In this document: in pieces, positions 59,140-64,000 of the stretch | Numbering within the stretch: position 1 is the first letter of the stretch | How the letters are laid out: the number at the start of each line of letters is the position of its first letter | From: Candidatus Nomurabacteria bacterium | GTDB taxonomy: Bacteria > Patescibacteriota > Minisyncoccia > Phycocordibacterales > CALRBL01 | NCBI GenBank assembly: GCA_963834935.1 | Contig: CAWIDS010000001.1 | Span: forward strand, 301,500-365,499 | DNA length: 64,000 bases | Direction of reading: 5' to 3' | Made by a program: the position numbers and the translations under genes | The notes under the pieces: generated by a model | What the model was told of the DNA's origin: nothing | The model's input: only the letters and a program-made list of their open reading frames with translations | Database searches by the model: none

Positions 59140-59925
59140 ATGATTCCGCATAAAGCCAAAAAATCGCTTGGACAGAATTTCCTGAACTCACCGAAAGCCC
59201 TTTCAGATATCTTGTTCGCGGCCGGAATAGCCAAGAATGACTGCGTGCTGGAAATAGGTCCGGGTAAAGGCGTCCTGACAAAGGCTCTTCTTGAGGCAGG
59301 CGCGAAAGTGATTGCTGTCGAGAAAGACGAATCGCTGGCGGAGATGTTAGGAGATCTTTTTTTGAAGGAGATCAAATCAGGACAGCTTGCTCTCGTCGCC
59401 GGCGATATCCTTGAATTCGACCTGCAAAGGCTTCCGCTCGAGGAGTATAAGCTGATTGCCAATATTCCCTATTATATTACAGGCCAGATTTTCCGGATGT
59501 TTCTTGAGAGCGAGCGTCAGCCTGTATCGATGACCATGCTCGTGCAAAAAGAAGTGGCGGAAAGGGTGGTCGCGCGCGACGGAAAGGAAAGCATCCTCTC
59601 GCTTTCGGTGAAGGCGTATGGCAATCCGAAGTATGTTTCGACTGTAAAGCGCGGATCATTCAGTCCTGCGCCGAACGTTGACTCGGCAATTCTCCATATC
59701 ACCGATGTATCAAAAGTTTATTTCAAAAAAAATAAGATCAGCGAGAGGGCATTCTTCGAAGTGCTCAAAGCGAGTTTCGCTCACAAAAGAAAAATGATAG
59801 CCGGAAATCTGAAGGTAATTTTTCAGGATTCCGCGAAAGTCTGTGAAGAATGTGGCATAAAGCAAAATGCCCGCGCTGAGGATCTCGAGCTTGGGCATTT
59901 TGCTTGCCTTGCGAAGAGTATCTGA
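59140..59925 (+). CDS. rsmA: 16S rRNA dimethyladenosine transferase
   Basis: KKSLGQNFL, LEIGPGKG, ANIPYYIT, FSPAPNVDSA. Confidence 0.97.
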   Translation: MIPHKAKKSLGQNFLNSPKALSDILFAAGIAKNDCVLEIGPGKGVLTKALLEAGAKVIAVEKDESLAEMLGDLFLKEIKSGQLALVAGDILEFDLQRLPLEEYKLIANIPYYITGQIFRMFLESERQPVSMTMLVQKEVAERVVARDGKESILSLSVKAYGNPKYVSTVKRGSFSPAPNVDSAILHITDVSKVYFKKNKISERAFFEVLKASFAHKRKMIAGNLKVIFQDSAKVCEECGIKQNARAEDLELGHFACLAKSI

Positions 59926-60333
59926 TTATTTGCTGGTATAAAGCGTCGTTCCCAACTGCTGGATCGAGTACTGGACGCTCTCTGTACTTTCGCATTCCGA
60001 ATCGACGGTGATGCAGGTCCCTCCGCTTATGGCATCGCCGAGCACTACTGATTGAGGCGCTACGTCCCACCATGAATAAAGTCCCCAACCGATGAAGGGA
60101 ATTGGTATCATGTTCTGCCACATGAAGATCATCGAGCCGCTGATCGGCGATGTATATTGGCCTTTGTCGATCTGAAGCTTCAGGCCGTTGCAGCAGACAT
60201 CGACGCTCGATATCGTGCCCTCAAGATTTTGACGGACTGCACTGGCAATCTCCGCATGCGCGGCAAACGGCGCGATAACAAAAGAAAAACTCAAAATGAT
60301 TGAAAGGGCTGCGATGTAATATTTCTTATTCAT
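59926..60333 (-). CDS. Small secreted Cys-containing protein
   Basis: Signal peptide; VCCNG, VLG..GTC..C, IQQLGT. Confidence 0.65.
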   Translation of the reverse strand: MNKKYYIAALSIILSFSFVIAPFAAHAEIASAVRQNLEGTISSVDVCCNGLKLQIDKGQYTSPISGSMIFMWQNMIPIPFIGWGLYSWWDVAPQSVVLGDAISGGTCITVDSECESTESVQYSIQQLGTTLYTSK

Positions 60334-61043
60334 TGTATCTTGAGATAAATCTGATAAGCATTGCTGACTCCTTTTGAATTCTCAACCGTCACGAACATCG
60401 GTATTGGCTGGATTCTCTGAATGGTGGTGTTCCGCTGGTCGCTGTCCATGTTCTTCATCTTGGCATCGAACAGGCTTTGGAGGCTTGAATCTACTTTTAC
60501 TTCGAGCTGGCCATTGATGACAGGAACATTGCTGTAGACATCATATGTCGCCATGACTGTCGAAGTAGCTCCGAAATTGCTTCCCGATATATATATAGTA
60601 TCGCCATTCTTCACTGTCTGAGGCGAAATGCCGGTTATTACCGGACTGCTGTAGTTGGCATTCTGGAGATAGAGGCTATTGAGGAATGCCGGATTGGATG
60701 AGGTGGCGAGGGTGTTCAGAACCACACGGGTATTAGCTTCGACATATCCGTATGGCGTGAAGTACGGACCCGCCCAGGTGCCTAAATTGTAATCAGTCTG
60801 GAAGATGTCGAGAGCTTTGAGCGTCTTGATGCCGAAATAAAAGCTTTCTTTTCCGGGAGAGCCTGCTCCGGAAGGCGACACCTGTGTGGTCGACGAGGCA
60901 TTGAGTACCATCTGAAGGTATTTTACCTGCGGATCAGTCATCCCTTTCCTCAGGTCTTTGGTGAAAAGGTCAGCCGCTTGGGCAGCGTGTGCCGAGGCGA
61001 GCAGAGTGAGAAGAAAAAGTGCTGATAGAAGGATTTTTTTCAC
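60330..61043 (-). CDS. Secreted peptidoglycan-binding protein with IPT/TIG domain
   Basis: DLRKGMTDPQVKYLQMVLN, GSPGKESFYFGIKT..A..FQ; PVITGISP..GDTIYISGSNF. Confidence 0.8.
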   Translation of the reverse strand: MKKILLSALFLLTLLASAHAAQAADLFTKDLRKGMTDPQVKYLQMVLNASSTTQVSPSGAGSPGKESFYFGIKTLKALDIFQTDYNLGTWAGPYFTPYGYVEANTRVVLNTLATSSNPAFLNSLYLQNANYSSPVITGISPQTVKNGDTIYISGSNFGATSTVMATYDVYSNVPVINGQLEVKVDSSLQSLFDAKMKNMDSDQRNTTIQRIQPIPMFVTVENSKGVSNAYQIYLKIQ

Positions 61044-61098
61044 CTTTTGATTATATCATCAGTAGTTTTTTTGTGTATAACTAAGGTATAATGTCGTC

Positions 61099-62058
61099 AT
61101 GGTTGCTCCAAGCAAAAGAATACAGGCATTGATAATAATAGTCGTCGCTTTTTTTGCCGCTTTCTTCCTCTATCACTCGAACGTCAAATCTGCAGTCCTT
61201 TCTCTTTTTTCGAAAAACAAGCCGAGCAGCAGTTCGCTTGTGCTTGATCAAGCTACCAGCACCGATCAATCAAATATCGATTCCGACGGCGACGGCCTCA
61301 AGGATTGGCAGGAAACATTGTGGGGAACTGATTCTCATAACCCTGACACTGACGGCGACGGCACTCCTGACGGGGTTGAGGTGGCGGAAGGAAGAGATCC
61401 TTTGGTGAAAGGTCCTAATGACAGCCTTGAGCTGACCCGCGGAGTGGCAAGCACTTCTCTCGATGCTTTTGCAGGTAGCGCATCGGAAGACCAGGGAAAT
61501 ATCTCGACACAGCTTTCGCAGACTCTCTTCTCGCAGTTCATGTCGGTTCAGACGAATGGCACGCTCGATGCTGATTCTGAAGCGCAGATCATTTCGAACA
61601 CGCTCGCTTCGGTAAATCCTGGCACCATTCCTCCGAAGTACACCATTTCAGATATCAAAGTCGTTCCGGAAAACAAGACTACCCTCCGGGCCTACGGAAA
61701 TGCTTTTGCCCAGATACTTTCCGACAACAATGACCTCATATCCGGCGAACAATCCAACGAAGCAGCCATCCAATCATATGAAATCATGATCAACGCCCTT
61801 TCGAAGCTTTCTGTTCCTGACGGCCTGGTGCTTAACCACCTGAAAATCCTTAACGATTTCAATGTTTCTGATCAGTCGCTCCAGATAATGGTTAATGATC
61901 AGACTACCGACCCCGTCAAAGCTCTCCTTGCGGTGAAGACATTGCAGACCAACCAGGCAGACATGAAGCAACTGTTTACAAATATCCAGGTTGAAATGCA
62001 GAACAATGGTATAATATTCGCAAAAAGCGAAATAGGAGCAATATGGAACAATTCTTAA
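61099..62058 (+). CDS. Membrane-anchored protein with DxDxDG Ca-binding (TSP3-like) repeats
   Basis: DSDGDGLKDWQE..GTD..NPDTDGDGTPDG.E. Confidence 0.8.
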   Translation: MVAPSKRIQALIIIVVAFFAAFFLYHSNVKSAVLSLFSKNKPSSSSLVLDQATSTDQSNIDSDGDGLKDWQETLWGTDSHNPDTDGDGTPDGVEVAEGRDPLVKGPNDSLELTRGVASTSLDAFAGSASEDQGNISTQLSQTLFSQFMSVQTNGTLDADSEAQIISNTLASVNPGTIPPKYTISDIKVVPENKTTLRAYGNAFAQILSDNNDLISGEQSNEAAIQSYEIMINALSKLSVPDGLVLNHLKILNDFNVSDQSLQIMVNDQTTDPVKALLAVKTLQTNQADMKQLFTNIQVEMQNNGIIFAKSEIGAIWNNS

Positions 62059-63119
62059 AAACAATCACCCTCGTCATCATTGCTATCCTCGCTTTCGGCG
62101 GCGCTGTGGCCAATGCTGGTACGACTCTCCAGCCTGCGGCAAATACCCAAGGAGCTAATTACGTAAAAGGCCAGTATAATACTAATTCCGGCGCTGCCAC
62201 TTCACAGGCTGCTATCTCAGGAGTAGGCGATGCAGCAAGCTGCATCGGTTCAGGCTATGTCTCAAGCCTTATTTCCTCGGCTATCACCACTATTATTCCT
62301 TCTTCATTTACCAAAGTGGGAACGATCTCTGGAAACGATAAGGCTAGCAGTGGAGGTTTGGAGGTCGGCGATCCGCCCAGCCTCGACTCCATCGCTTATT
62401 GCGCCATCAATGCCATCCTGACCTATATCACCCAAGCGACCGTCAACTGGATCAATTCCGGCTTCAATGGCAATCCTGCTTTCGTCCAGGATCCTGAGAA
62501 ATTCTTCAGCGACATTGCCGACAATACCGCAGCCAATTTCCTTCAGGAAGTGGCCGGCCAGGTCACTGGTGTGAATATTTGTCAGCCATTCCGGGTAGGT
62601 ATTGTGACAGGGCTTGGCAGCGGACAAGCGAATCCTTCTTCGATACAAGGCTGTTCCTTGAGCCAGATCGGGAACAATATCCAGAATTTCCAGGTGTATA
62701 CTAGTCCTGGAGGAACAGGGTCAGGCGGTTGGGGTAGCTGGCTCGCCGTCACTCAGAATCCCCAGAACAATCCCATGGGAGCATATATGCAGGCTCAGCA
62801 GGAATTGCAGAGAAGGGTATCGATACAAGGCAATAGCGCCCAGATTGATCTTAGTACGGGAAGAGGATTCCTTTCGTTTAAGAAATGCAATCCTGATTCC
62901 ACTACCACCGATAGCAGCGGCAATCCTGTGACAGTCAAAGGAGCCTGCGAAATCACCACGCCGGGAAGCGTGATTGAGAACACCTTGAATAATCGCTTGA
63001 ATGCTGGAACGGACCGACTAAAAGTAGCGGATAAATTTGATGAGGTTGTGAGTGCATTGGTGAACCAGCTCATTAAGGTTGCGTTAAGTGATGTTCTCAA
63101 TAACAACAGTACTCAATAA
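62043..63119 (+). CDS. Secreted conserved protein upstream of the VirB6-like gene
   Basis: Signal peptide; TVNWINSGFNGNPAFV, PQNNPMG, GRGFLSFKKC, ITTPGSVI. Confidence 0.75.
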   Translation: MEQFLKTITLVIIAILAFGGAVANAGTTLQPAANTQGANYVKGQYNTNSGAATSQAAISGVGDAASCIGSGYVSSLISSAITTIIPSSFTKVGTISGNDKASSGGLEVGDPPSLDSIAYCAINAILTYITQATVNWINSGFNGNPAFVQDPEKFFSDIADNTAANFLQEVAGQVTGVNICQPFRVGIVTGLGSGQANPSSIQGCSLSQIGNNIQNFQVYTSPGGTGSGGWGSWLAVTQNPQNNPMGAYMQAQQELQRRVSIQGNSAQIDLSTGRGFLSFKKCNPDSTTTDSSGNPVTVKGACEITTPGSVIENTLNNRLNAGTDRLKVADKFDEVVSALVNQLIKVALSDVLNNNSTQ

Positions 63120-64000
63120 ATGAAAAAAGCCTTACTTTCAATACTCATCATAACTGCAATATTCCCGATCTTTTTTGGCTTTTTTACTCCTGTCCATGCT
63201 CAAACAAATCCAATGGATTCTGATGCTTCATATATGCTTGGAGCTAAGGATATTAGTGGTTATGTTCCTCCAGCCCCGACTGCTTCTACTTTTCAAGCGA
63301 CATGTTTTGATGAAAGCCAATCAGGATTGGGCTATCTGACCAGCTTCAGTATCACGGGCTGTATGGCCTCGGCGAGCAATCTTCTGCTTTGGGTAACGGC
63401 TCGCTTCTTGTGGGTTGCAGGGGTATTTTTCGATAAGACTCTCGATATAGGCTTAAATTTTGCTGCGTTGCTTACGCATATTCCTGTAGTTGATGTGGGA
63501 TGGAAGATTTTTCGCGACATTGCAAACATCTGCTTCATCTTCATCCTGCTTGCTATCGCTATCGGGACCATTCTTCGCATCGATAGCTATAATGTGAAGA
63601 AGCTCTTGGTGCAAGTGATAATTACCGCCCTTATTCTTAATTTCAGCCTTTTCTTCACTAAAGTAGTGATTGATGCCTCAAACATCCTCGCATTGCAATT
63701 TTACAATAAGATAAGCTTGCAAGGAGGAGGACAAGGAGCAAGCGCAGATCCCTTCGGAGGAGTTTCAGATGGTGGCATTTCTCAGGCATTTCTCAAAGGT
63801 CTTAGCCTAACGAGCATATATAATTCTGGAGCGACTCTTCAAGGTTCACCTGATCCTACTCAGACCCCCGGAGGTCTGAATCTCGGTGAGAATATCATCG
63901 CGATCGGCCTCGGAGGATCCATACTCATACTTATTGCTGCCTTTGCTTTCATTGCGGGCGGAATAATGTTCATTGTCCGGACTGTCGTCCTTATGTTCGT
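63120..64000 (+). CDS. VirB6/TrbL-like multi-pass membrane protein (partial, runs off window)
   Basis: ATG at 63120; GWKIFRDIANICFIFILLAIAI, LILNFSLFFTKVVIDASNILA, FIVRTVVL. Confidence 0.75.
   Translation, partial: MKKALLSILIITAIFPIFFGFFTPVHAQTNPMDSDASYMLGAKDISGYVPPAPTASTFQATCFDESQSGLGYLTSFSITGCMASASNLLLWVTARFLWVAGVFFDKTLDIGLNFAALLTHIPVVDVGWKIFRDIANICFIFILLAIAIGTILRIDSYNVKKLLVQVIITALILNFSLFFTKVVIDASNILALQFYNKISLQGGGQGASADPFGGVSDGGISQAFLKGLSLTSIYNSGATLQGSPDPTQTPGGLNLGENIIAIGLGGSILILIAAFAFIAGGIMFIVRTVVLMF

Noticed and set aside
1-64000. CRISPR array, rRNA, tmRNA, RNase P RNA, SRP RNA, or genetic code 25
   Set aside because: No regularly spaced repeats or signature motifs were seen; TGA terminates conserved genes such as rsmA at the expected position

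Overview
Origin-of-replication region of a reduced bacterial genome using genetic code 11 (TGA is used as stop). Gene content and style (short HolA, YebC, PolA and trigger factor; PrgI/VirB4/VirB6-like and pilin genes; GYAWS-repeat surface proteins) point to Patescibacteria/CPR, probably Parcubacteria; this is an inference. The window holds dnaA-oriC-dnaN and rpmH-rnpA-yidC, a parS cluster near 42.3-43.2 kb, five tRNAs, many housekeeping genes, two PilB/GspE ATPases, a conjugation-like (T4SS) cluster with a local burst of frameshifts, and a complete 1,937-bp IS1595-family element with 25-bp TIRs, an 8-bp target duplication and cargo. The most notable unexplained signals are non-coding: (i) two tRNAs followed by an antisense copy and then a direct copy of their own 3' end; (ii) a promoter- and terminator-bounded structured RNA inside the IS1595 element, which itself inserted in a DnaA-box-like site; (iii) two further promoter-driven structured ncRNA candidates (about 15.2-15.46 kb and 44.4-44.62 kb); (iv) pervasive leaderless gene starts, with a -10 hexamer 6 nt before the start codon. 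All calls come from reading the sequence by eye; no searches or folding programs were run.
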